Source: a virus (taxonomy: Duplodnaviria; Caudoviricetes). Taken from it: a stretch of DNA of 64,000 nucleotides. Made by a program: the position numbers and the translations under genes. Within the stretch, counting starts at the first letter, position 1. Each line of letters opens with the position of its first letter. The stretch is taken from positions 1-64,000 of the IMG/VR virus record IMGVR_UViG_3300027874_000011; one strand, written 5' to 3'. The notes under the pieces are model-generated. The model worked only from the letters and a program-made list of their open reading frames with translations. It ran no database searches and was not told the origin of the DNA. Shown in pieces: positions 46,235 through 55,864 of the stretch.

Positions 46235-48463
46235 ATGACGCTGACCGACTCGCGTACTGCCGCCGAGCAAATCCTGGCGGCGATGGAGTGCAGCCAGTCG
46301 CGATGTCGATGTCAGATCTCTACCCGTCGCGGCCACGGCAACACCCACTGCCCGGTCCATCAGGACAATAGCCCGAGCTTCGGCGTCGTCGTCCGCAACG
46401 GCTCGCTGCTGACGCACTGCTACTCGGGCTGCTCGCAGACCTCGGTCGTGGAGGCGCTCAAGGCGCGCGGGGTGTGGCCCGAGCGCGAGGCGACCTACGT
46501 CGCGGACAAAGAGATCCTGGCCGAGTACGACTACAAGGACGCGGACGGCCACGTGCTGTACCAGGCGGTGCGCTACTGGCCCAAAGAGTTCAAGCAACGC
46601 AGGCCCGCCGGTCAGCCCGGGCGCTGGACGTGGAACCTCGAAGGCGTGCAGCGCGTGCTGTACCGCCTGCCGGATCTGCTGCACGCCGAACCCAATCGGG
46701 TGCGCTGGATTCTCGAAGGCGAGAAGGACGTGGACCGCGCCTGGGCGTCCGGCCTGGTGGCGACATGCAACGTCGGAGGTGCTGGCAAATGGCGCGACGA
46801 CTACGCCGATACATTCCGTGGCAAAAAAGTGGTCATCGTTGTGGACAACGACGACCCGGGTCGCAACCACGCCCGCGACATCGCGCGCTCCCTGACCGGA
46901 GTCGCCGCTGAGATCTTCTGGCTCGAACTGCCTGGGCTGGACGACCACGGTGACCTGAGCGACTGGTTTGACGACGGCGGCACGCTCGCCCAACTGCAGG
47001 ACTTGCTCAAGCAAGCCAGCCATCCCGACGTGCAGCCGAAGCGCGGCCCCGAGATGCAAGTCACCTCCGACGAGATCCTGTACTCGTGGCCCGAGGAGCA
47101 GATCAGGTGCACCTTCTCGCGGCTGCGCGAGACGGACAGCAGCATGTTGCGCGGGTACATCGAGGTCGTCTCGCAGCGCCCCGACGCTGGCGACAATGGT
47201 CTGGTCACCTGGCAGCACATCAACCTGACCAATCAAACGGACAAGGACCGCATCGCGAAGCGTCTGGTCAAGGCCGCGCCGCGCGACGAAGACCTGTGGG
47301 TCCACGACGTGGAGATCGCCTTCCGCGAGGTGGCGCGCGCGTTCATGACCGTTCCGCCGCCGCAAGACCTGGCGGACGTAGCTGAAAGCACCGCGCAGTC
47401 AGGCTACCTGTTCCGGCCCATCGCGCCCCACGGCCAGGTGTGTGAGTTCCTGGCCGACCAGGGCACGACAAAGAGCTACCTGATCCTGTACTTGCTGATG
47501 TGCACCGCGCTCGGCCGCGAGTCGATCTTCGGTATGCCAACCGTGGTCGGACCGGCGATCTTCTTCGATTGGGAAACCGACATCGAGACGGTGCGCCGAC
47601 GCCTGGGCTGGATCTCACGCGGCATGGGCCTACTCGAACCGCCGCGCGGCCTGCACTACGTCAACATGTCAGATCGCGGCAAGCTCATGGACCGCGCCCG
47701 CGACATGCGGCACCAGATCGCCACGACCGGCGCGGTTGCCATCGGCATCGACAGCCTGACGTTCGCTACCGGCGGCGACCTGGCCGGTTCAGACATCAGC
47801 GCACCCACGATGAGCGCTATCGGTGGCCTCGGACCCGGGGTCACCAAACTGGTTAGCACCCACCCACCCAAAGCCTCGCGCAAAGGAGACGCTACCGATG
47901 TATCGGCTGTAGGCAGCGGCCTGTTTGAGTTCCGCGCTCGCGGTATCTGGCACTTGCAGCGGCCCCGAGAGTTCTCCCCCTCGTTCATTGTCAGCATGAC
48001 GCAGCACAAGAACAGCGACGACGAACGCTTCGGGCCGCTCTATTACCGTGTCAGCTTTGACCGCAACCGTCAGGCCGTGTCGTTCTCGAATGCAACTGCT
48101 GATGACGAACCTGAACTGTCCAACCGAGTCGAGAGCGCACGTTCAAAGATCCTGCGGTACCTGCAGCGCATCCCCGCGCACCAGGCCAACATCTCAAGCA
48201 TCGCACGCGAGATCGAGGAGCGACCCGACACAGTACGTAGAACCTGCAACCGAATGGAAGACGTGCTCCAGCGACTCGGCAGCGATAGCGCCACTGCAGT
48301 TTGGGCTTTACGCCAGAACACCAACGGTACCAACGGCCACGTCCGTGTTGATGTCCGGGACACTGAGATACTTGTCCCGGGACAGTCCCGGAGCACCGAC
48401 GATCCGCAGATTGGTGGCGAAAATGGCGACCAGACTGACGATGGGCAGGACTTGCCCTGGTGA
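46235..48463 (+). CDS. DNA primase-helicase (Zn finger + TOPRIM + RepA/AAA_25-type helicase + C-terminal HTH)
   Basis: HCPVHQDNSPSF...HCYSGC; EGEKDV...VDNDDPG; Walker A-like ADQGTTKS, FFDWE, IGIDS. Confidence 0.88.
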   Translation: MTLTDSRTAAEQILAAMECSQSRCRCQISTRRGHGNTHCPVHQDNSPSFGVVVRNGSLLTHCYSGCSQTSVVEALKARGVWPEREATYVADKEILAEYDYKDADGHVLYQAVRYWPKEFKQRRPAGQPGRWTWNLEGVQRVLYRLPDLLHAEPNRVRWILEGEKDVDRAWASGLVATCNVGGAGKWRDDYADTFRGKKVVIVVDNDDPGRNHARDIARSLTGVAAEIFWLELPGLDDHGDLSDWFDDGGTLAQLQDLLKQASHPDVQPKRGPEMQVTSDEILYSWPEEQIRCTFSRLRETDSSMLRGYIEVVSQRPDAGDNGLVTWQHINLTNQTDKDRIAKRLVKAAPRDEDLWVHDVEIAFREVARAFMTVPPPQDLADVAESTAQSGYLFRPIAPHGQVCEFLADQGTTKSYLILYLLMCTALGRESIFGMPTVVGPAIFFDWETDIETVRRRLGWISRGMGLLEPPRGLHYVNMSDRGKLMDRARDMRHQIATTGAVAIGIDSLTFATGGDLAGSDISAPTMSAIGGLGPGVTKLVSTHPPKASRKGDATDVSAVGSGLFEFRARGIWHLQRPREFSPSFIVSMTQHKNSDDERFGPLYYRVSFDRNRQAVSFSNATADDEPELSNRVESARSKILRYLQRIPAHQANISSIAREIEERPDTVRRTCNRMEDVLQRLGSDSATAVWALRQNTNGTNGHVRVDVRDTEILVPGQSRSTDDPQIGGENGDQTDDGQDLPW

Positions 48464-48565
48464 ACTCAAACAAACTCGACCGGGACATGTCCCGGGACAA
48501 CCCTGAGATTCGGGTAGACACCGGGACAACCAGGCCCCCCTTAAGGGGGTGGGGCCGTGTCCCGG
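48355..48565. repeat. CCGGGACA / TGTCCCGGGACA iteron cluster with CCCCCTTAAGGGGG palindrome (putative replication origin)
   Basis: Copies at 48355, 48373, 48480, 48488, 48521 and 48558, across the end of the primase-helicase gene. Confidence 0.6.
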
Positions 48566-48832
48566 CCAGGTGTCTCGGTTCGACTAGTGTCGAGGGTGGC
48601 GATGGCGAAAGCTAAACGCCGAACGCCGTCGAGCGGCCGAATGCTCAGGACGGTCGGCAAGGTGTGGGACTGTGCGAGGTGCATGGACCAGATGCTTGGC
48701 GATCTGCCGCCGGGCGAACGGTGTTGGGAGCACAACCCGACACCCGAGGAGCGCGAGGCGCATCCCGAGCGCTATTCGAGATCGAAATTCGCAGGATCAG
48801 CGACTTTGAAGGAGGACAAGGCTCCGTCATGA
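48557..48832 (+). CDS. Small hypothetical protein (CARC...CWEH)
   Basis: 91 aa; stop overlaps the methyltransferase ATG. Start uncertain. Confidence 0.45.
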   Translation: MSRPGVSVRLVSRVAMAKAKRRTPSSGRMLRTVGKVWDCARCMDQMLGDLPPGERCWEHNPTPEEREAHPERYSRSKFAGSATLKEDKAPS

Positions 48833-50118
48833 CGATTCTCGACAGTCTCGAAGCCGAGGTGGAGGTGCTCGACCTGGCGCAGGGCCTGGACACCACCGAC
48901 CTCGAAGGCAAAGACGACGACACGCTCATCAGTGAGGCCCGCTGGCACGTCGAGCAGGCGCGCTTCCATCACGGCCAGTCGCTGCTGCACGGCCAGGAGG
49001 CCGGTCGGCGGCTGCTGGTGCTGCACGCCAGGACCGCACGTCGAGGTCGCTCTGGCGAGTTCTCCAACGCGCTGGTCGAGGAAGTCGGCATCTCGCGCAG
49101 CCACGCCTACAACCTGATGGAGCTTGCGCGGCCAGAAAACGTCCAGCGCGTTGGACAATTAGCCGAAGACCCGGACGCCTCGATCCGCCAGGCACTGGAG
49201 ATGCTGCACGCCGAGCGCCGTGAGGAGCGCCGCGAAGCTGCACGCGCCGAGCGACAGGCGCGCATGCAGTTCCCGGCACCGGTGGATCTGCCCGCCAACT
49301 TCAACATCGACGTGGCTGAGATGCCAGCGCTGCCCATCCCGGACGGGTTGGCCGACTTGATCGTCACGTCGCCGCCGTACGGCCTGGGCATGGCGTACCA
49401 CGAGTCTGATGACTCTGAGGGCTACGAGACGTATCTGACGCACGCGCTCGAATGGTCCGATGAGCTATTCCGGGTGGCCGGGCCGCAGGGTCGTCTGTGC
49501 CTGAACGTGCCACTGGACATCTCACACGACGGCGGCTACTTCGCGCCGAAGCCGATCTACGCCGACTGGGTGGGCGCACTCAAGGAGGCCGGCTGGCGCT
49601 ACCGCACGACGATTGTGTGGAACGAGGACAACATCACGCGGACGACGGCGCGTGGCAGCGTGGACAGCCCCAACTCGCCGCACGCCATCGCCCGGGTGGA
49701 GATGATCGCCGTGATGTACAAGGGCATGTGGAATCTGGAGCGCCAGGGCCAGTCGGCGGACATCACCCACGACGAGTGGCTCGACTGGACCAACGGCTTG
49801 TGGACGTTCCCGGGTGCCAGCCCGATCTCGCCGGATCACTGCCCGGCCCCGTTCCCCGAGGAGTTGCCGAGGCGCTGCATTCGGCTGTTCAGCTTCCCGA
49901 ATGACGTGATCTTGGACCCGTTCGTGGGCAGTGGCACCACCGGCGTGGTGGCGTACGAGACGGGCAGGCAGTTCTACGGCTTCGACCGCTCCGCGCTGTA
50001 CATTGAGCAGGCCCGTGAGCGAGTATCAAGCGCCATCGCTCGTCTGCGCACGAACGGGCACATGGCGCAACCACGACAGCCCGCCTCTGAGTTTCAGGGA
50101 GCAGCAGCAGGTTTTTGA
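48829..50118 (+). CDS. DNA N4-C/N6-A methyltransferase (beta class) with N-terminal DUF3102-like domain
   Basis: VTSPPY (motif IV) precedes LDPFVGSGTT (motif I). N-terminal EAGRRLL...GEFSNALVEEVGISRSHAYNLMELA. GGAGG RBS. Confidence 0.9.
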   Translation: MTILDSLEAEVEVLDLAQGLDTTDLEGKDDDTLISEARWHVEQARFHHGQSLLHGQEAGRRLLVLHARTARRGRSGEFSNALVEEVGISRSHAYNLMELARPENVQRVGQLAEDPDASIRQALEMLHAERREERREAARAERQARMQFPAPVDLPANFNIDVAEMPALPIPDGLADLIVTSPPYGLGMAYHESDDSEGYETYLTHALEWSDELFRVAGPQGRLCLNVPLDISHDGGYFAPKPIYADWVGALKEAGWRYRTTIVWNEDNITRTTARGSVDSPNSPHAIARVEMIAVMYKGMWNLERQGQSADITHDEWLDWTNGLWTFPGASPISPDHCPAPFPEELPRRCIRLFSFPNDVILDPFVGSGTTGVVAYETGRQFYGFDRSALYIEQARERVSSAIARLRTNGHMAQPRQPASEFQGAAAGF

Positions 50119-50290
50119 GTGGCAGATCTATCTCCACGCGGTAAAGACTTGCGAGCAGTGCGGCTGTCTGCTGCCGGTGGAGGTCTTCGAGGGGTGGGGG
50201 TGCCAGCCCTGCAACGAGTGCGACGAGCAGAACCAGCGGGCGAAGCGGTCGGGCTGGCCTCCAAAGGAAGTCCTCGCGCTACGGCGTTGA
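50087..50290 (+). CDS. Small Zn-ribbon protein (start uncertain)
   Basis: CEQCGC...CQPCNEC; no clear canonical start. Confidence 0.35.
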   Translation: MSFREQQQVFEWQIYLHAVKTCEQCGCLLPVEVFEGWGCQPCNECDEQNQRAKRSGWPPKEVLALRR

Positions 50291-50293
50291 AGC

Positions 50294-50307
50294 GATAACG
50301 GGTTATC
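50294..50307. promoter_or_regulatory. Palindrome GATAACGGGTTATC (copy 5; AGCGATAACGGGTTATCACT)
   Basis: Between stop 50290 and TTG 50310. Confidence 0.6.
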
Positions 50308-50309
50308 AC

Positions 50310-51251
50310 TTGAGCATCACCCTGCTGGAAGGCGACTGTCGGGTGACGCTGGCGAGTGTCGAGTCTGGTAGCGTGCAGTGCGCGATTACCTCGCCGCCCT
50401 ACTACTCGCTGCGAGACTACGGCCTGTCGGATCTGGAGTGGGCTGACGGCTGGCGTGGCGCGCTCGGTCTGGAGCCGTCGCCAGATCAGTACGTCAACCA
50501 CGTGGTCGAGTGCCTCGGTCACCTCGAACGGGTGCTGCGCGAGGACGGTGTGCTGTGGCTGAACCTGGGCGACAGCTACGCCGACAAAGACTTGCGGCTG
50601 CTGCCGTTTCGCGTGGTGACGGCACTCCAGGCGCGTGGCTGGTACGTGCGCAGCGTGATCCCGTGGTTGAAGCGCAACGCGAAGCCCGAGAACGTCAGGG
50701 ATCGGCCGACGACATCGAGCGAGCACGTGTTTCTGCTGGCGCGCTCGGAGCAGTACTACTGGAACCTCGATGCGGTGCGGGTGCCCAACAGCCGTGAGTA
50801 CGCTCGCGCTGGTGGGCGGTGGGCGCTGGCGGGTGCGGACGAACTGACCGGCCTCAGACGCAACGGCACCTCGCAGAATGGTCTGGCGGCACATGCCAGC
50901 AACCCCGCTGGTCGCAATCGTCGCAACACGGACTGGTTCTTCGAGTCCTGGCAGGGGCTGATGCTGGACGAAGAAGGCGAGCCGCTGGCGCTGGTGGTCA
51001 ACGGTGCGCAGTTCAGCGGGCCGCACTACGCGACGTTTCCGCCCAGGCTGATCGAGCCGATGGTGCTCGCCAGCACACGCGCCGGTGATCTGGTGCTCGA
51101 TCCGTTCGCCGGCTCAGGGACAGTCGGCCTGGTGGCCGACCGCCTCGGGCGTAACGCCCTGTTGTGTGAGCTAAAACCTGACTACGCAAACATCGCCGGT
51201 GAACGGATCACCGGCGATGCCCCGCTGTTCGTACAGCTAGAAGCGTTCTAG
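50310..51251 (+). CDS. DNA N4-C/N6-A methyltransferase (beta class)
   Basis: ITSPPYY, WLNLGDSY, HYATFPPRLIEP, LDPFAGSGT. Confidence 0.92.
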   Translation: MSITLLEGDCRVTLASVESGSVQCAITSPPYYSLRDYGLSDLEWADGWRGALGLEPSPDQYVNHVVECLGHLERVLREDGVLWLNLGDSYADKDLRLLPFRVVTALQARGWYVRSVIPWLKRNAKPENVRDRPTTSSEHVFLLARSEQYYWNLDAVRVPNSREYARAGGRWALAGADELTGLRRNGTSQNGLAAHASNPAGRNRRNTDWFFESWQGLMLDEEGEPLALVVNGAQFSGPHYATFPPRLIEPMVLASTRAGDLVLDPFAGSGTVGLVADRLGRNALLCELKPDYANIAGERITGDAPLFVQLEAF

Positions 51252-53299
51252 CTGCGGCGTCGGCTGGTGCCGAGGACACCCCCGATGTGCGAGCCGATCA
51301 GGTGGTCTTCGGCGTACAGACCGAGTAGCGAGAAGGTGAGCCACTTGGCGTCGGTCAGATCGAGCGTGCTGGCCTCGGGACCGAGGCGTTCCCTGACTGC
51401 CAGGAAGTGGGCGATCCTTGCACAGATTTCCTGACCGTACACGTAGCGGACGGCAGTGGTGACGCGCGCCTGGGCCGAGGGATTGTCCGGGTAGCGCTGC
51501 TGCCAGTACGCGATCACGTCGGTGATGACGAAGTGGTCGGCGTTCAACTTGACGCGGTTCTGGACGTGCACGTACTCGGCCAGGATGCCCTCACCGAAGC
51601 CACCGTCGCGCGCGTTCATCCAGACCGGCTTGGGTGGCAGTGGCGGGGTTTCGGCGTCCTGGGCAACCGCTGGTCGGCCCCTGCTGGCACGCAGGCCGAT
51701 GGCGAGCGTGCGCACCACGCGGCGCGGACCGTGATGTGTCGTGCGCGTTGTGGTCGTTGTGGTGCTCGTGGTGTCGGTCGTGGTGGTGCGGTCATGCTGA
51801 CGCGGTAGCACCTGGCCGGGTTCGGTTGGCTCGCACGTGCCGTTGGCCGTTGCGGTGTTGTTGGTGACGCGCTGCTTGAGTCTGGACCAGATCATCGACC
51901 AGCGCTCACCGAACTTGTCCTGCAGCTTGTGCTGCAGATCCTTGTCCTCTGGCTCCACGCGGCGAGCGGCGTCGAGCGCCGCTCTGATCTCCTCCGGCAG
52001 TCGGCTCCAGAAGGCTTGTCCCCAATCCGCCCAGGGCAGGCTGGAGCCGGCCTTGTACGGTCCGCCCCGGGTGACCAGGCGGTTGCGCGACTGCTCGGGG
52101 AACACGCCGAAGGTACGCGGGTCGTCTTCGTCGTGGGCGACGGGCGGCTCAACAATCAGCCACAGTCGCTCGCGGACAGCCCCCTCCATGATGCCGAAGG
52201 AGTTCCAGATCGCTGGTTGCTTGCTCAGGTCGTAGAGTTCGTTGCGGAACAGGGCCGCGACGTAGCCGTTCTGCGAGCCGTAGTCGTGGATAAACGGCCG
52301 GTCGCCCTCCCACAGGAACCAGTGCGCGCGCGTGGTATCAGGCAGCACGACCGTGCCGTGTGGTCCGGCGTGGCCCTGGCGCTGGCCGGGTGAAAAGAGT
52401 TCCACCCCGTCGATGAAGTGGCGTGCACCGTTGATGGTGCGCGAGTTGGGCTTCGCGCCTTCGTCGTAGCCCGCTGCGCGACGGATCGCGATCTCCTCGA
52501 TGGTTTCCGACCGGTCGGCGCGTGAGCGCGGCCAGTAGCGCTCCTCAGCGTGGCGCAGTTCCTCGACGGTCAGGGTGATGCCTGCGGGGATCTCCCACAG
52601 GCGCGTATTCAGGTACAGGGGCAGGGCTTTGGTGGCCGAGGTATCGCGGTCAGGATCGTTGGTGATGGTGTTCTGATCCAGGCTGTTACCGAGCAGCACC
52701 ATCACCGTGCCGTGGGCGTCCGGGCCATGCGGGGCGCTGCCGTCAGCGGGTGGCTGACGCACCCACTCGGGCGCAACGGTGGACCAGTCGATGCCGCGCA
52801 GCAGATCCGGGCTGTCATCCTCGTCCTCGACGTACGGGTCGAGCACGCTCAGGTAGGTGTTGTCGTCCTCACTCCAGACTTGCTTGAGGCCGTACTCGCC
52901 GTCCTCGCCGCGCTTGATCCAGATCATCGAGGCGATGCCCTCGAAGTACGTGATGACGACGACACCCTCCTGATTCCAGGGCAGCGTCGAGGCTTTGAAG
53001 CCGACACCGTAGTTCTCGATCAAGCCACCGATGGGTTTGCCGCCGCCGCCGAAGACGTTCAGGAATTCGGGAACTTGGTCCGGGTGGATGCCGCTGCCGT
53101 TGTCGGCAATGATGCGCCGATAGATGCCGTGGAGTTCGACGCCTTGCCACTCCAGGCCGAACAGAATCTGAGTCGCGCCGGCCTCGGCGCTATTCAGGAA
53201 GCCCTCGCGCACCCACTGAAACGGACCACCCGTTTCGTACGCGCGCTGGACGAAGTACTGCAGGAGTCCAACCTGCATCGGAGACAGAGGTGTTGTCAC
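51248..53299 (-). CDS. GHKL (HATPase_c / MORC-like) ATPase
   Basis: N box WVREGFLNSAEA, G1 IADNGSGI, G2 ENYGVGFKAS, transducer-like middle, C-terminal VKLNADHFVI. GGAGG RBS. Confidence 0.85.
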   Translation of the reverse strand: MTTPLSPMQVGLLQYFVQRAYETGGPFQWVREGFLNSAEAGATQILFGLEWQGVELHGIYRRIIADNGSGIHPDQVPEFLNVFGGGGKPIGGLIENYGVGFKASTLPWNQEGVVVITYFEGIASMIWIKRGEDGEYGLKQVWSEDDNTYLSVLDPYVEDEDDSPDLLRGIDWSTVAPEWVRQPPADGSAPHGPDAHGTVMVLLGNSLDQNTITNDPDRDTSATKALPLYLNTRLWEIPAGITLTVEELRHAEERYWPRSRADRSETIEEIAIRRAAGYDEGAKPNSRTINGARHFIDGVELFSPGQRQGHAGPHGTVVLPDTTRAHWFLWEGDRPFIHDYGSQNGYVAALFRNELYDLSKQPAIWNSFGIMEGAVRERLWLIVEPPVAHDEDDPRTFGVFPEQSRNRLVTRGGPYKAGSSLPWADWGQAFWSRLPEEIRAALDAARRVEPEDKDLQHKLQDKFGERWSMIWSRLKQRVTNNTATANGTCEPTEPGQVLPRQHDRTTTTDTTSTTTTTTRTTHHGPRRVVRTLAIGLRASRGRPAVAQDAETPPLPPKPVWMNARDGGFGEGILAEYVHVQNRVKLNADHFVITDVIAYWQQRYPDNPSAQARVTTAVRYVYGQEICARIAHFLAVRERLGPEASTLDLTDAKWLTFSLLGLYAEDHLIGSHIGGVLGTSRRRS

Positions 53300-53380
53300 C
53301 TGTCCCTCCTTCGGATATGAAGATCACCAGGCCCAGGCTGTCAGCCTGGCCCATGTGTCGGGCACACTATAGGTGAAAAC

Positions 53381-53848
53381 ATGTTAGATCCACGTAATAG
53401 AAGTGTTTCCATGCCATTACAAGCGAAACCACGCAAGCCCAGGCCCGCTGAGCGCGGCGTCAGGATCGAGCCGCGCCTGGTGGTGCAGTTCGAGGTCTTC
53501 GGAGAGCCGGTCGCCAAGGCTCGCCCGCGTGTGGTCGTCAGCGGTGGCCGGCGGGCGTTCACGCCGTCGCGCACGGTGCGCGGGGAGCAGCATGTGCAGC
53601 AATGCTGCTTCGTCTCGAACCCGAGGCTCAGGCCGGTCGAAGGGTTAGTCTGCCTGAAGCTGCGCTTCTACCTGGGCGGGTTGGGTCGTGCGGATCTCGA
53701 CAATCTGGTGAAGTTGGTGTCAGATGCGCTCAACGGGATCGCCTGGCACGACGACGCTCAGGTCACGAAGTTAGATGCCGAGATGTTCCTGTTCGAGCCG
53801 AACCCCAGGACCGAAGTTGAGGTCTGGTTGCTGGCAATCCCTGCCTGA
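53381..53848 (+). CDS. rusA: RusA-family Holliday junction resolvase
   Basis: GEPVAKARPR...DLDNLVKLVSDALNGIAWHDDAQV. Start may be ATG 53411. Confidence 0.9.
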   Translation: MLDPRNRSVSMPLQAKPRKPRPAERGVRIEPRLVVQFEVFGEPVAKARPRVVVSGGRRAFTPSRTVRGEQHVQQCCFVSNPRLRPVEGLVCLKLRFYLGGLGRADLDNLVKLVSDALNGIAWHDDAQVTKLDAEMFLFEPNPRTEVEVWLLAIPA

Positions 53849-53872
53849 AGATGAGCTAACGTAAGCGTTGCC

Positions 53873-54307
53873 ATGACACAAAGTGCAGGCCCCAACCACT
53901 GGTGGGTGCCGACTGCGGCGCTTGACGCGACCCGCATTGGCGGGCAGCAGTACACCGGCAACGAGGTCCGCGAGGTGATGCAGGCGTTGCAGCACACCTA
54001 CTACGCGCGGCCCCTGAACACGGCCAGCATTGCCATCCAGACCGGCGTCCCGGGCAGGACCATCCGTCAGATCGTCTCGGACTTGGATGGTCGGGTGATG
54101 CTCGTCGGCAAGCGCGCCTCAGGCATGTTCGTGTGCCACTACGCCGACGAAGCTGCCGAGTACACCACCGCGCTCGACAAGCACTGGCGCTCAGAACGCG
54201 AGCGCGTGAGGAGGCGGCGGGCTTTCTCCGAGAACCTGCCACGCCGCCAGGGGATGATGTTCGATGACCTCGGCTATTCAGACGAGGACGAGGACGAAGA
54301 TCTCTAG
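53873..54307 (+). CDS. Winged-HTH-like hypothetical protein
   Basis: LNTASIAIQTGVPGRTIRQIVSDL...GMFVC. Confidence 0.6.
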   Translation: MTQSAGPNHWWVPTAALDATRIGGQQYTGNEVREVMQALQHTYYARPLNTASIAIQTGVPGRTIRQIVSDLDGRVMLVGKRASGMFVCHYADEAAEYTTALDKHWRSERERVRRRRAFSENLPRRQGMMFDDLGYSDEDEDEDL

Positions 54308-55864
54308 CTAGGGATCAACGACCAGAACGCACGTGTACGTGCCGGGCTTGAGGCCATTAGCAGTGACGGCATCCTGACCGGCCGGACCCTGCGGCGAGTT
54401 GCCGACGTTGTTGCCGCCCGAGTCCTTGCACGTGATGGTGGTCTGTGTGCCACCCACGGTTGCTTCGGACTTGGCCGTGGCGGTGATGTCGGTCAGCGGC
54501 GCGTCAGAAAACGTGGTGATGTTGGTGGTGTTGGCGCACGTGCTACCCGCACTCAGCACCGCGCCCTGCGAAGCGGTGTCGATGGCGAAGCCGCCGGGTG
54601 CTGCCGTCTCGGTCCACGTGTAGCTCCCCTGCACCAGATTGCCGACACAGAAGATGCCATTGGCGTCAGTCGTGCCTGAGCCAACCTGGGTGCCGCCGGA
54701 GTCCTTCAAGGTGAACGTCGCGCCAGCGAGCGCCACGCTGCCCTTGTCGGACACCTTCTTGACGGCCAGCGCACCCTTGGCCTGGTCGTGGAACGTAATG
54801 ACGAACGGCGTCGTCGGACAGCTACTCACCGCGTTGATGGTGACCGTCTGCGGCTGATCGAGGATCACGTAGCCTGGAGGCGCGGCTGTCTCGGTCCACG
54901 TGTAGGTGCCCTGGTTGAGGCTACCGACGCAGAAGGTGCCGTCTGCACCCGTGGTGCCGGAGCCGACCTGAGCGCCACCCGAGTCCTTGAGGGTAAACGT
55001 TGCGCCCGCGAGGGCAGCACCCGTCTGGCTGTCCACCTTCTTGACGGCGGTCGCGCCGCACGTGTTGATGTTGGACGGACCTGGGGCGATGTAGTCCTTC
55101 ATGGTGGCCGTGAGCGAGGTGGAGCTACGCGCCTTGCTCCACGCCTGCTGGAAGGCTTCACACGCGCCGGGTGGGACCAACTGCGAGGCGTCGAGGTCGA
55201 TGACAGCTTCACCGAACAGACCGTTGGATGAGATCGACGCCTCAAATGTCGGCGTGGCGTCGGCCTTCCAGCACGGCGTTTGCTGCGAGCCACCAGCGGC
55301 GCACAGGCTCTTGGGGCCAGTCGTCACCCACTCGAAGACGCGGATGGTTGGTGAGCCACCACCCTGGGCGAAGTCGTACAGGAACAGCAGGTCGCCAGCG
55401 GTGCGACCCAACGTGACCGTGCCTGGGGATGCCACGCCGAACTGCGCCTTGTTGAACTCGAAGTCGATGTTGGCATCACCGTTGTTCGAGGCGCGCGTCC
55501 AGCCCAGGTACAGGAAGGTGTGGGTCGCGCCACCGACAGTGCCGGTGCCGCCATCCACGTTGAACTTGGTCAGGTCGTTCTTGTTCGGTGGGATGCCGCC
55601 GAAGCCGAGTTGAACGTTCTGGAAGTCGTCTTCCTTCGCGCCCTGGGCGAAGGAGTCGTCGGTGGCGCTACCTGAGGGTAGGTCGTTGATGGCCGGTGGG
55701 AACGGTGTGGGCGTCGTGTCCAGCGTGCCGTCGTGACCGTTGAAGGGCGAACCCGTCAGGGTCGAGCCACTGTCGGCCGAAACGCTAACGACCGAGGCGG
55801 TCAGCAAGCCGGCCAGCAGCAGCGTTGCCGACAGCAAGGTCGCGAAAGTAAAGCGCAGACGCAT
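54308..55864 (-). CDS. Secreted protein with tandem SpaA/Cna-B (prealbumin-like) domains
   Basis: Signal peptide MRLRFTFATLLSATLLLAGLLTASVVSVSA. Two KKV...LAGATFTL...GTT...G...GTYTWTETAAP.GY/F repeats. AGGAG RBS. Confidence 0.8.
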   Translation of the reverse strand: MRLRFTFATLLSATLLLAGLLTASVVSVSADSGSTLTGSPFNGHDGTLDTTPTPFPPAINDLPSGSATDDSFAQGAKEDDFQNVQLGFGGIPPNKNDLTKFNVDGGTGTVGGATHTFLYLGWTRASNNGDANIDFEFNKAQFGVASPGTVTLGRTAGDLLFLYDFAQGGGSPTIRVFEWVTTGPKSLCAAGGSQQTPCWKADATPTFEASISSNGLFGEAVIDLDASQLVPPGACEAFQQAWSKARSSTSLTATMKDYIAPGPSNINTCGATAVKKVDSQTGAALAGATFTLKDSGGAQVGSGTTGADGTFCVGSLNQGTYTWTETAAPPGYVILDQPQTVTINAVSSCPTTPFVITFHDQAKGALAVKKVSDKGSVALAGATFTLKDSGGTQVGSGTTDANGIFCVGNLVQGSYTWTETAAPGGFAIDTASQGAVLSAGSTCANTTNITTFSDAPLTDITATAKSEATVGGTQTTITCKDSGGNNVGNSPQGPAGQDAVTANGLKPGTYTCVLVVDP

